A stretch of 63,265 nucleotides of DNA, filler included, from Choristocarpus tenellus KU-1152 (GCA_964200185.2; 8 parts of 8 records of this genome joined end to end with filler, not necessarily neighbours in it), one strand, 5' to 3'. Counted from the whole stretch's first letter, positions 24,986 to 37,920 are shown. Program-made: numbers and translations. Notes: a model not told the origin generated them from the letters alone.

Positions 24986-27900
24986 TAACATTGTTCTACT
25001 TCAAGTCCAACAATCACAACAAAAAATACTGTTGTACAACAATGTATGCGATACATTGTATGTATGATATTCTTGTGCTTCAATACAACTGCACTAAGCG
25101 CTACAGAGTAATATGATTGCTCTAGTAGCTTTTATGATTCTCTACAACTAACTCCGTCGCTTCTCTATCTTCGCCTTGCACTCTAGACCTTGTAGATGGA
25201 CTTCCTCGATCTCTTGCACCTTGATTTCTGACAGTGTTCGTTCTGATGAACCTAGTCACATGCTGTGAATAGTCAGAGGTTATTCGATACAAAGTTGCAA
25301 ATGTTCCTTCACACTTTCAAAGGAAAATATGCATACTTTCAGTAGAGTAGAGGCTTGTCACCTTGTCAAGAAGGGTTTTTGAGTATATTTTTACTATGAA
25401 TAGATGGCATCCAGTTGAAAATCAGATACACTTAACGAAGAGTCAAATGGGTGTCTTTAGTGGGGGTAATGACAACATGAGAAAAAGAATAATCAGCATA
25501 TGTGTGAGAGACATTTTCCAAAGAAGGTATACCTTGAAGGTAACCTATCTTGAAGAATCTGATATTCATATGGCATTTCTTTTGTATGTTGAAGGTAACA
25601 TCTGCTTGAAGTAAATAGCGGGTGGTTTGAGGGGACTTTGCAAACTCCCCTCATTCACTTTACCACTTGTTCATTGTTTTCCTGGGTGATGTTCTGAGGG
25701 ATTGCTCTCCCTCTTGTCTTGTTTCTCTCCTTTTCTTTGCTTCCTGTGGGTCATCCCACCCCTCTTCAATACAATGAACATTTCGGGTTGTTTCCATCTG
25801 TTTCACATATGATGTGTAATACATTCTGATTTGAAGATAAAATGAAACAAAGAAACAGACTTGAATCAATATATCTTATATATATATATGTATATATGGC
25901 ATAATTTACGCCTTTATGTTTGATAGGTGGCAACTATTGCATTGTTCTACTGTTTTGTATTACATGCTTTTGATTATCTATACTTCCTATAAACCACGAT
26001 GTTCTAACAGTACTTTAAGTTGGTATATGTGGTGGAATGATGTAAATGGGATGGGGAGAATATAACTCAGAACCCTGACCTGTTTTTGGATTTAACTGGG
26101 ACGTCATTGGAGGAGTTAGGGTCTGATAGTGAGTCAGCTACGTGTAGGGAGGACTCTGGCGAGTCTGCGCCACAGGGGTAGGGGTAGCTTGCGAACATGT
26201 ATTGCATGGACATTTCTTTGTCATTGGTGACGTCCACATTAGCATCAATCACAGACATGTCCTGAGAATGCCCAGACCAGTTGTAGTTGACAGTAACATT
26301 ATCGGATCTGAGATCAACCCAGGTTCATCCCATCAGTTGATGGTTGTGAAGCTTTTGGGTTTGCTGAAGCAACCCCCCTTCGACACAACAGGTGATTATG
26401 AACACCCCCGATAATTGATTGGGTCCGGCCTCATGACAGTGGTACTCACGCCGATAGTCTCAAGGGAATTCACCAAGTGAGAAGTCCTTATCATGGCAAC
26501 ATCAAATAAAGATACGGCCAAGGACAAGTACCAGTCTGAGGATGGAAAGGCAATGTTCCAGCTTCTCTAGAGAATAACACCTCACCTCCACCAAACCCAA
26601 CTGGTACATTTGCAATCCTGACAAAACTGATTTATTCAAAGACATCCCCTGGGAGACTCACATGAGCAAGAACGTCATGCTACGTTCATGTCTTGACTAT
26701 TTGTGTACTCACTGTCACTTGCTGGGGGGATTGTGGGGGGAATAATCCTGAGAGGTTTAGCTCAAACTCAACTAAACCTAGACTGGTCACTCATTGCTGC
26801 ACACTTGGCACATGAATGAGTTGAAATTTGTTGAGTATCTGATGGTCGTCCTGGACGTTGTTGAACATGTCTATGATATTGTAGACATTTGAAATTGTGC
26901 TCCAGCTTGTAAAGCACGTTGTTTGAGGAAGATCATCTCATCTCACCAGACACAGGTCATTGCACCAGTGATCAACGCTTGAATATCTGGGCTGAGTTTC
27001 ATTTTTCCTCACACTGGCATTCTAACGGGACTTCCGTATCCAGTTTGTTACATGCGGAGCTTGTACTTGTTCAACTATGAAATGGCTTCGTAGGGCCGCT
27101 GATGCTGACATCTAAGGCTATTGGACGTAAATTGTAGTCCCTACTCTCTGCTGGGAGTCATCTCGGAGGAATTAGATAGTAGAGAAATCACGTTGTTGCG
27201 GAGCATGCTATGTGAGTTTTGATTGGTTTAAACGAATGAAAAAGAAGCAACAATCGCTTTTCATTTGTGAATATATATTTTAATTATGTTATCTTCTCTT
27301 CGGACGGATTTGCTGCGATTTGGTCAGTACAGCATTTACCTTAGAATGACTCCTCAACACGTTCAAATCGAGCAAAATCGTTCAGCCCATAAATATTATT
27401 ATCAAACCATCTACTAGTCCATAAAGCCAAAAAAGAACTTTGAGCATTTAATATATACAACAGGTCTACTCTGAAGTTCTTCGACCTTGCTGCACGGACG
27501 AACTCTGCAAACTCATCTCCAAATGAGCCTCCTCAAATTCGTACTTTTGCTCCATAGACTCCGTGTCCTGCAGCCTTTTGCCAGAAATCGCCCCAGTCCA
27601 TTAGGCACGTGACCACCCTTAGTGCTGGGATATGTTTCCTCCATTAGCTCTACCAGCATCCTACTTTTCTCCAAACCTCAACAACCTTGCCATAGATTTG
27701 GAAGATGGGGTAGTATTTGGTGTTGATGGGTGTGGGGCAGCAAAATTAACCAAAAACCCACCCATACTCATAACTGCCCAGACAAAATTCACGAACGAAC
27801 TAGCATAGCATTTCACAACATCTATTAGCAATTGCCAAGACATACACCAGTTGCCAACAAGAAACTTTGCAACTCGCATTGCAGGGGGCAGGTGGTACCT

Positions 27901-28066
27901 GCTAAAATAACATACATCGTGAGTCATCCACTACCTGGCGGAAATCGCTCGCTTCCTTACAATACGGGAATTTCGACATTTAATCCAGCTCGCGCCGTCT
28001 CTTCCTGTTGGCATGGTCGGTGTCACGACCTCCCATCTCCTGCATCATCTTCATTGCTGCCCTTCT

Positions 28067-28120
28067 TGTGCAAAATAGGACAATAGTGGGGTGTACCTTA
28101 CTATTGTCCTATTTTGCACA
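28067..28120. repeat. Perfect 21-bp inverted repeat with 12-nt loop
   Basis: TGTGCAAAATAGGACAATAGT-ggggtgtacctt-ACTATTGTCCTATTTTGCACA. Confidence 0.95.
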
Positions 28121-28181
28121 GGTTATGAGAGATTATCATTTTGATTGATTCCATGTGATGTAACTAATGAGAAAGTACATC

Positions 28182-28327
28182 AGGATTGTGAATGGGATTG
28201 CGTATGTGTTTTTATTTTGCATTCAACTACTTTGACATAACCGTTGACTTGTTTAGGAAGCATAAATAATAATAAACAAGCAATGAGAAGACACCCCACA
28301 AAGGTCGCTCTTCTAATTCCACCCATT
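28182..28327 (+). repeat. Dispersed repeat family B, second copy
   Basis: Homologous to 9962-10106. Confidence 0.8.
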
Positions 28328-28332
28328 CTTTT

Positions 28333-28589
28333 TAGTCAATTATCTTAGAGGGTAGGGCCGCGTCCATTTGGGGGTTTATATCCAGTGCTGCGATTTTGAT
28401 GAAATTTCAGCTATCGTGTTTGTTAGGAAGTGTCAATATCCTTGTTGCGAACACACCTTTTCGTAAGATATACATCTTACTTACTCCGAACATTTTGGAG
28501 TAGGAAAATTTCATTAAAAAAAACAATGGAAGCCAAGCCCCAAATGGACAAACAGGGAAAAACTCGTACCCTCTAAGATACTTTCACTC
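28333..28589 (-). mobile_element. MITE family A, full-length
   Basis: TAGTCAATTATCTTAGAGGGTA ... TACCCTCTAAGATACTTTCACTC; a further TIR-like start (GGCTCAAAGTATT) follows at about 28594. Confidence 0.88.
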
Positions 28590-28633
28590 TTTTGGCTCAA
28601 AGTATTTGTGAGGGGGTGGTGGCTGTTCATTTG

Positions 28634-28733
28634 NNNNNNNNNNNNNNNNNNNNNNNNNNNNNNNNNNNNNNNNNNNNTTAATTAATTAANNNNNNNNNNN
28701 NNNNNNNNNNNNNNNNNNNNNNNNNNNNNNNNN
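28634..28733. other. Artificial contig spacer
   Basis: N44-TTAATTAATTAA-N44. Confidence 0.98.
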
Positions 28734-30092
28734 CTTGAGAGTACGGCGGTGGAGGAATCGAGAACACCCAAGAGGCTGCTCCTTTCCCTACTGCCCCAGA
28801 TGCGCTGCCCCCTGCCATAAACCCATTGGCATCCATGTCACCCGAGCTTTCATTGTCTGACTGGTGCAAGAATTTCTCAAGCAGCTGGTCTTTCATGTCC
28901 TCTAGTGTCACATTGGCCACTTCATCGTTGTCTTTCACACTGATCCACACTCTTGCTGCGTTGATGGAAGCCTGAGACAGTTTTCCGCTGGGTTTGAGGT
29001 GCAGAGTGTCAAGAGCATTAGAGATATCCTCATTAATATATAGGGACACTTTGTGTGGGACGTTACCTCTACGAAAAAAATTGGTCACTCGGTGATACTA
29101 CAGTATATACTACAGACATTACAGTAAGTGCCACAGAAACGAGTGCAAAATTTCAAACAAGTTCAATCATGATCCTCATCAGCAGACAGTGCATAAAGAC
29201 AATTCAATCACGATCGCAATCAACCTACTTGAAGACTTTCAATCCACACGCTGATGCACCTCAGTATGTTTGGCGCCCCTCGTCGACTTGGCATCAGGCT
29301 TCAGCGTCTGTGCTTTCTCCATGATGGTCGTTGCCTCCTTCAACTTGTAGAGGGTGCTGTGACCAATTCCAAACTTTTGAGCAGCCACAGTTCCCGCCAT
29401 GGTCTTCAGGAGTGTCAATGCTTCCACCTTCTCTGCGAAGCTCCAGCGTTTACGATTGCCGGCACTGCGAGGCTTGTAGGGAGAGACGTTCTCCGTATAT
29501 TTATTTGGCAGCACCTTCTTGTTATCATGGCACTTTGACGAGGTGTTGTCACTGACTGGAGGACTCGAAGCATTGCGCTTGGTGGGGCTCACGCACAATT
29601 TGCACACGTGTTTCATTTTGCCGGCGCCAAAGGATCCTTGCCGCCGCCAATGACATGAAGATAGTCGCTACAATGCGACACTTATGGTATATATAGTGTG
29701 ACTGACTAGGAGTATTACCCTGTAGGTTGCAGCTGGATCCTGCTGTGCAGGGCATCGTTTTACCCGTAGAATGCAGTCGTCTGACCCTTGATCTGATGTA
29801 CTGTATGGCTGTACTGTGCAATACTGAGAGAGAAGAGAATGCTATGTTATGTATTGCTGGTGTCGAGGAGCTTTGTGACTTTGTTATATTTTGCTTAACT
29901 TTAGACTTCGCTTTTTGGGAAACTGATGAGTGTAGTAGTGAAAAAAAATGTAACTTTGCTCGATATAAGAGAGAATTGGGAGGAAAATGCCAAAACCTCT
30001 CTTATAACCTGAAAAGTCGTGACAAGGAAATTTACCCTCTGTTATAGCTTGTTTCTCTAATATCGACCTCTCTTATATAAATACATCAACTG
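28734..30092 (-). mobile_element. pogo/Tigger-type deletion derivative, copy 2 (truncated by contig start)
   Basis: Colinear and highly similar to 35095-36454; ends ...CAACTG|TA; HTH ORF 29239-29616. Confidence 0.88.
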
Positions 30093-30373
30093 TAATATAT
30101 TAGTAATAATAATAATAACAATACTACAGAAAATATAGGGAGACAAATATATTGAAATGGTTCGAGATAAGAGTGGGGTGATCTTTCACTTTTTGTTTTG
30201 ACCTTATGTTGGAGTGTATAACCATGAGGAAAGAGTTTGATCAGAGTTGGAGATTGGATTGAAGCAAATGGTTTTCGAGAGAATAGAGGTTGAATAGTCC
30301 TTGTATTTGTCAAGGTGCTGTAAAAATTTACAGGTGGCATGCTCGCAGGTAACGTGCACGGCACTATTTGAAC

Positions 30374-33300
30374 ATGTCTAACGATGCCCCCATTGTCGCA
30401 ACCGAGAAGCAACAACCAAAACGGAGGAGGAGGAGGCGTGAGGGGGATCCTGAAGAGGAACCACAATTGCGACGCGTGTGCGATGCCTGCACCAGATCTA
30501 AAATCAGGTATCTCTACTGTTGTGGAGACCCCGAGTTGTGCCCGGTTAGGACTCCATGGCTTCACATTTAGTGACAAACCCTATGCGCCATCCCGAACAG
30601 TGAAGCTCAGGAAGGTCTTACCCCCCTTCTCCCTGCATGAAATCTCTTTTTCCGTATCTCTTGTTGGAGTAGGTGTAATGGGGAAACGCCCTGCGACCGA
30701 TGTTCCCGGAGGAGCATATCATGTGAATACACGTTCAAGAAGCGTTGTGGACCAAAGCGGCGACTAAGGATCAATGGTAATAATGAAGGTAGATCAGAGA
30801 ACCTTCATGGTGAGGGTCTTTTGGTTGGTGTGGCACCACTCAAAGCCGATTCTGCTGAGGCAAAGGCAAAGAATGAAGATGCAGCCGATGTGCTAGTGGG
30901 CTTTTCGGGGAACCTCGGTCAGACCGAAATTGTTTACCTCCGAGTTTTCTTGGAATCCGTTAACGCTTTCATCCCAATAACGAGTGTCAGTACTATTCGT
31001 GAGGCTCTGTCCACATCCCCACCGGGACCTGAGGGTGGTGAAGAGGAAACATCACTCCTCTTTCATGCGAGGAAGGCGATACTGTTTGGTGCAATTTCTT
31101 TGGGAGCTGGGTATACAGGCAATTCAAACGAAGCAGCTCCCCACGCGAACAGAGCTCGCCAGGAAATCAAGGAATGGTAGGTGTGGTGTGATTGAATGCT
31201 GAAGGTTAACTTGAATGTAGGGTTTCTTTCCGTGTGGACTTTGACCCTGTGTAGGGAATATCACATTGATACATACCGAGTACATACATAGCTTGGTTTC
31301 TATTTACCAGATAGAAGCGCCGTTTCTGCCATACCTTTTTGGTGTCAAAGGTTTGACGCTTTACCTTACGCTGAGAACCAACTCTACTTTTTTCCCGACT
31401 GCGGTCTGATGTAAACCTTAACCCCGCCACCCCCACCCGATGTCTTTCCGTTCTCCCTTCCTGCAACTGTTTTGTTTCATCTCGTTGATCATGAGAAGTT
31501 TTGATGCAACTATCCCTGAATTGATTTCAGCATATCTCATCATGACTCTACATTGGGTGCACTGCATCGACCCGATCAAGATTGCTCGCTACATGGGCCT
31601 AGCACGCCAGAGCTATAAAGATGTGGTTGATCCCCCTGCTGAGATGGCTGCCTCCTTGAAGCTCATCAGTGTTATTACATACTCACTGAAGGTGGGTGAT
31701 AGTCTTGTCCCTCTTGGGGCAGATAAAGTTGATGAGAGTACCAGCAGTAATCAATGCATAGCTCACTCAGTGCTCTTCTTCCAGCTACCCCTCCAATCTC
31801 CAAGTCTTTTTATTGGTGCTCGTTGTGCTACAACTGAGACCGAAGGAGCCCTTTCTATGTGTGTCTCTATTCCTTTTGCACTTCATGACCATCCTGAAGT
31901 CTCAGCATGAGCACATAGGCAGTCGCTGCCTTGTGATGTCAAAGATGTTCAAATTGCTTGGCACAATGAAATCTCAACATACAATGTATCCCTTAACATT
32001 TTAGCTTATTGGTATCACACCAGCGGTCCATTGGTCTCATATCATTTTGTGTGGAAAGAGGGAGAATATGTGTACTGTGTATAGAGGGACGAGACCTTGC
32101 TATGTGTAGGTTGATTTCGAGGCCAAGAAATGCAGGGTGTTTTACTGAGCTGGCAAATAAAAATGGTCCCATACACCAGCCGGAACAGTCCCACATTTTT
32201 CTGACATGTCCTAGACCATGTCCACTAGGAATTGAACCAGTCCATGTCTGCCGAACGGACTGTGTCTAACATTCCTTAACATGCCCAGACCATGTCTACT
32301 AGTCTGGGTTTTGTACTGGTCCGTGTCTGGTGGCTGGACAGGGTCTATCATTCTCTGATATGTCCAAACCGTGTCCTCTGGTGAGTCTAACTTTTTTTTT
32401 TCTGGCATGTCTGGACCATGTCTACTATTTGTTGTTCTATTCCAACTGGTGAATTTCCTTGGCTACTCTTTGGCTACTCTTTGGCTACTCCATGCGAAAA
32501 ACGAAGAATGTGTGCAGGGTTCCAAAGGTTTTAAGTTGTATATGCATATAGATAGTAAGTGCTCTATTTCTAATCATCTCTGGACTTTCTTGGTCGGAAA
32601 CCTGGAAGAAAGAATGTATCCTATGCATGTGCAACGAGAAAGTACGGAGGCACGCACGCACACATGGAAATTATTTCATATTTTTACACATATTTGATGA
32701 TGTACTAATATCAAAATTTTGATGGCCTAAAATAGTAAGTAGAAAAAAAAATACCAGTACATACATTGATACAGAAAGCGACCTACTAATGTATGATCAA
32801 ATGAGTATCCGTAGTAGTAGCTCAGGATAGAAGATAGATATATGCTGAGAGGATGGGGAGCCATGGTCATGGCGTCACTGGTTTGTGGAAAAAAAATAAA
32901 TTACCTGGCCGACCATAGATAAAATGTTCTAACATGACGAAGTCCATGGCCATTGACTGTTTCAACATAGCCAGCCCACGGTGGCGGATGGCTATTGGTA
33001 GACATAGTAACTGCCCGGCCTGGTGAAAAACCCTGAAGAAATAAAACAAAATATGGAAGATGGTTGGTGGTTTGGAGCATGTAGTACACCCCCAGTAAGA
33101 CATGGATTATTCTCGCCACATGATACTAAGGTTCTGTTCTTGCCAGGACTTGGCCCTGAAAGGTAATGTGTCCGGAGAAGGTGAAGGTATTATATATATC
33201 CTGCTCTGCATGATACTTTCTGTAGCGCAATGTTGACATTTTTGTGAGTGTTGTGGACACATAGTTTGGAGTCGAGTATTACTTGGGATGGTGTAGGTTA

Positions 33301-36300
33301 TGTGTGTTTGGGACTGGAGTGTTCCGGGACACAAGTTTTGTCTCTCAGGTGAGCAATATGGATGCTTAGAATGTCCTGTACTGGAACATTGCACAGCATA
33401 GGGGATGATGTGTGTGTATTGTGATTGTAATGGCACAACAGAGTGATTACTGTTACATAGAATGTCACATTGTGGTCCAGACTGTGGATTGTCTTGCTTG
33501 CATGATAATATGACATGATCCTCTCGCTTTTGGTGATTGATTGACGCAAATGTAAATTCCAGTGACCGTTTGCTTGACGGTGGTGTAATCACCCAGTTGT
33601 GAAGATTTGCTTGACGGATATTGCGTGCTGTCGTACTCTACCTATGGTAACTCATGTCTGTGATTCTGTGGCGCTCTCTCAAATTGTTATGGTATGTTGC
33701 TTTTTCCTCCTATCATCATCATCAGAAGTGTTATTACCGACTCCATGCTTCATAGATTGTCGTCTGTGTCATCAGCAGAGGGCACAGAGATGGGAATTAT
33801 CATAAAATGGTTTTGTGTTGCAATGATTGCAACCTCTTCAGGCATGTTCAAATGCATGTTCTACTAGTGTGCCCCTAGAAATGATAGATGAGCAGAGTTG
33901 ATGAATGAGCACAATTTTGTTGTTTTGTGTTATTCTGGAGTATATTGATACTTGGGTGGGGGAGGGGGGCTTCTTGGTTACTTCTAGTTCTGAGATGAGA
34001 TGATTCGAGTTTTTTTTCCACCGGTTGGTTAAGTTTATTCATTGTCCCTGCAATATTTTCTTTCAGAGTGAAGTTGTTCTGTAGATCTGTGCCAAATTAT
34101 ATTTCTCCCTTTTAACTACAATGTGGTGCTGTTAATTTGGTCTGTTATTTGGTTGTTACTATGAAGCTGCAGTTTCTTCCATCTTCTTGTTCATAGATTT
34201 TCTAATTTTTTCTAACCCCGGCCGTTTAAGAACATACGCTTTCTATCCCTCCCTCCACCCCCTCCCTGAAGAAGTGTATAGTAGTAATAATATAATGCTG
34301 TTATACCTATAAAAGAGAGGGTAGGGGCAAACAAAAAAACCCTCTCTCATATCCCGATCCTCTCTAATTAGATATAAGAGCACTTCTCTCTTAAATCGAG
34401 GGATCATGATAAGAGAAACCTATGTTATATCGACCAAAAGTGCTTGTAGGCACTTTACACTTGTCCCCGGACGAAGATAGAGCGACGCCCTTGCTGTATG
34501 TGCTTCCCGTGTGCCTTCAAGAATAGTTACATGTAGATATGTATTGAATATTGCCCTCAGTGAGCCCTTTTTCGATTAACCTGTGGTGGTGCAGCAAGCA
34601 CCACATCTACACCACCCCTCCACAGTATACAAGTGTCATATGCATCGGTAACCGTACTGTAACTTGGGTGAAATTACACTCAATGTGATGTATTCATTCA
34701 TATGTATAGTACACCTTCCCAAGAAAAGCATCCGCAAGCCATTGGCTGGCTGGACAGTCGACTCGCAGTTCAAATCATATCCCCATTCGAAGTCAATCTC
34801 CCTACGATACCCTGCTCTACATATTCGATTACACTCTACAAGGATATTATACAGTATAGTATCAAAAACACCACCATGGATCAAATGTATCTGCACCACC
34901 ATGCACCTCCCATTGCACGCACTGAGTAAAACGACTTATTAACTATTAAAAAAAATCGGGGATGCCTGCTTGTTTGATTGCCCTTGCCCTGATTGCACTG
35001 AGCCAAGCCAGCTTTGCTTTCCTTAGATGGTACAAAACATCGCTCACGCTGCACTCTTTGACGGTTGTTTCTAAGCTTGCAAATTTGTCAGCTACTTGAG
35101 AGTACGGTTGTGGAGGAATTGAGAACAACAAAGATGCTTCTTTCCTCACTCCCCCCAATGCGCTGCCCCCTTCCATGAACCCATTTGCATCCATGTCACC
35201 CGAGCTTTCATTGTCTGACTGGTGCAAGAATTTCTCAAGCAGCTGGTCTTTCATGTCCTCTAGTGTCACATTGGCCACTTCATCGTTGTCAATCACACCG
35301 ATCCACCCTCTTACTGTGTTGATGGAAGCCTGAGACGGCTTTACGCCGGGTTTGAGGTGCAGAGTGTCAAGAGCATTAGAGATATCCTCATTAATATATA
35401 GGGACACTTTGTGTGGGACGTTACCTCTATGAGCAAATTGGTCACTCGTGATACTACAGTATATACTACAGACATTACAGTAAGTACCACAGAAACGAAT
35501 GCAAAATTTCAAACAAGTTCAATCATGATCCTCATCAGCAGACAGTGCATAAAGACAGTTCAATCACGATCGCAATCAACCTACTTGAAGACTTTCAATC
35601 CACACGCTGATGCACCTTGGCATGTTTGCCACCCCTCATAGACTTGGCATCAGGCTTCAGCGTCTGTACTTCCTCCTTGATGGTCGTTGCCTCCTTCTTC
35701 AACTTGTAGAGGGTGCTGTGACCAATTCCAAACTTTTGAGCAGCCACAGTTCCCACCATGGTCTTCAGGAGTGTCAATGCTTCCACCTTCTCTGCGAAGC
35801 TCAAGCGTTTACGATTGCCGACACTGCGAGGCTTGTTCTTGTAGGACATGACTTTCTCCGTATATTTATTCGGCGGCACCTTCCCCTTGACCTTGTTCTT
35901 GTTGTCATAGTGCTACAACTCCGTGTTGTCACTGACTGGAGGACTCGAAGCATTGCACTTGGTGGGGCTCACACACAATTTGCACACGTGTTTCATTTTG
36001 CCGGTGCCAAAAGGATCCTTGATGCCGCCAATGACATGAAGATAGTCGCTACAATGCGACACTTATGGTATGTATAGTGTGGCTGACTAGGAGTATTACC
36101 CTGTAGGTTGCAGCTGGATCCTGCTGTGCAGGGCATCGTTTTACCCGTAGAATGCAGTCGTCTGACCCTTGATCTGACATGTACTGTATGTACTGTACTG
36201 TGCAATACTGAGAGAGAAGAGAATGCTATGTTATGTATTGCTGGTGTTGAGGAGCTTTGTGACTTTGTTATATTTTGCTTAACTTTAGACTTCGCTTTTT

Positions 36301-37697
36301 GGGAAACTGATGAGTGTAGTAGTGAAAAAAAATGTAACTTCGCTCGATATAAGAGAGAATTGGGAGGAAAATGCCAAAACCTCTCTTATAACCTGAAAGG
36401 TTGTGACAAGGCAATCTACCCTCTCTTATTTCTTCTTTTCTCTAATACCAACTGTATGCAAAACAATACCGCTTGGAAGCAGTTGTGTTGTACTCCAGAA
36501 GGCATGGTTTCGATAAAACCATGCACTCCGCCCAATGATAACTTCTCAAGTAAAATCCCAACTTCTTTCCTCTCAGAAATTTCTTAGAATTAGAGGGGAA
36601 GAAAAAGGTTTAATTTTCTTGGGTATGGTGATTAATTGGAGTCGCTCGATGTAAACGAACATGGATCACACAACTTTCTAAGGTTTTGTACCCAAGAATG
36701 ATATGGTCAAATTCAGGCTGAGGCATTCTGTTCACATTGTCCCCACCTCCTCTTTTAGCATTCACATATTCCCCAAGCACAATGTCCTTTTTTGTTCTGC
36801 GAAGTTGATTCTGATTCTACCATCTCTGTGGAAGGGTGTTGATAAAGCTCAAAATGAACGCACCATGATCCCTTTGCATGTATCCCTCAAGGGATCCCTC
36901 AAGCTGATCTCAAGGGTGCTACATCTGACCCTCCAGCATCTGCACTACCTCATTTACCTGATACAACCTTTCTTCTTCTCCCCCCCCTCCCCCCCCAACT
37001 TGTCCTTTTTGGACTCGAAAAAACAGATGGTCCCATCCCTGGGCTGTCATGTAGCCTGCCCTGAGCCAGTGGTATCAGGGGAAATGGGTCCATCAGAATC
37101 ACCCCAGGTCCGCCTGTTGAGTATTGTCAGTTTTGTGCTGATATCTATTCATAGACATGTTGTCAAATCTACTGAGGGTAGCCAGGCTAGCATGGTGGGG
37201 GTAGGCAGCAGGGCAACAACAATCAAAGCCGTAGATGCAACTAGAGAGATGCAGGGAGACTCTATGTCCGAAATGTTGAGTCAGCCTTGGGGGAGCGAGC
37301 TCAATGAGGGGATGCTGTTGCGCCTCACAAGCGAGGCAGAGGCATTGCTATCTATGGATGATGGGCCAGCATACCCAGCGCAGTGTCTTGTTAAGGCTCT
37401 CAAGGGGTACCTGCTGCTGAGGGTGGGGCTTGAGCGAGAGGCGGTGGGGTTGACAGAGCCGGTGGTTGACATATTTGGTGACAATCCTGCTATATTGCAC
37501 CTCCCTCTCTCATGGACAGTGGCTCAGTGCATGCAGGCCCTCTTGAAGAGGGTTGGACGGCTTATTGCTGTGGAGAGGTTGGACTCGGTGATGAATTCGC
37601 TTGTCTGTAGGCAGTCCTTTAGTACCAAGATGTCGCCCTTGGAGCAGGAGATGATGGCCATGTATGTGGGCAAGAAGCAGGGACTCGACTACCCAAG
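30374..37697 (+). CDS. Zn(II)2Cys6 (Gal4-type) transcription factor, 3' incomplete
   Basis: Exons 30374-30507, 30673-31176, 31499-31691 and probably 37027-37697. Spliced motif CDACTRSKIR|CNGETPCDRCSRRSISC = Cx2Cx6Cx5Cx2Cx6C, followed by KKRCGPK. Linkage of the last exon across the 5.3-kb TE-filled intron is inferred from phase only. Confidence 0.85.
32133..33035. mobile_element. Non-autonomous hAT-type element (903 bp)
   Basis: TIRs CAGGGTGTTTTAC / GTGAAAAACCCTG; 8-bp flanks AAGAAATG and AAGAAATA (7/8 match); subterminal (G)ACCATGTC repeats. Confidence 0.75.
34295..36454 (-). mobile_element. pogo/Tigger-type deletion derivative, copy 3, both ends present (2160 bp)
   Basis: TA flanks; degenerate TIR ATGCTGTTATACCTATAAAAGAGAGG at 34295 versus family CAGTCGGTGTACCTATATAAGAGAGG; right end CCAACTG|TA; HTH ORF 35595-35879; transposase C-terminus 34946-35426 ending KQAGIPDFF; no DDE region. 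Confidence 0.88.
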
Positions 37698-37820
37698 GTT
37701 AGTGTGTGTTCCAACCCTAACTCTAAGTTGATCAGGTGTGCTCGATAAACCTGCAGTTCTTGGGAGGGGGGGGGGGGGGGGGAAGGATTTGTTTACATTT
37801 TTCATTTTTTTTTTTTTTTT

Positions 37821-37920
37821 NNNNNNNNNNNNNNNNNNNNNNNNNNNNNNNNNNNNNNNNNNNNTTAATTAATTAANNNNNNNNNNNNNNNNNNNNNNNN
37901 NNNNNNNNNNNNNNNNNNNN
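37821..37920. other. Artificial contig spacer
   Basis: N44-TTAATTAATTAA-N44. Confidence 0.98.

Noticed and set aside
36703-37026. N-terminal third of the 342-aa ORF
   Set aside because: Reads through intron-like sequence with a pyrimidine tract; the CAG acceptor at 37026 marks the likely exon start.
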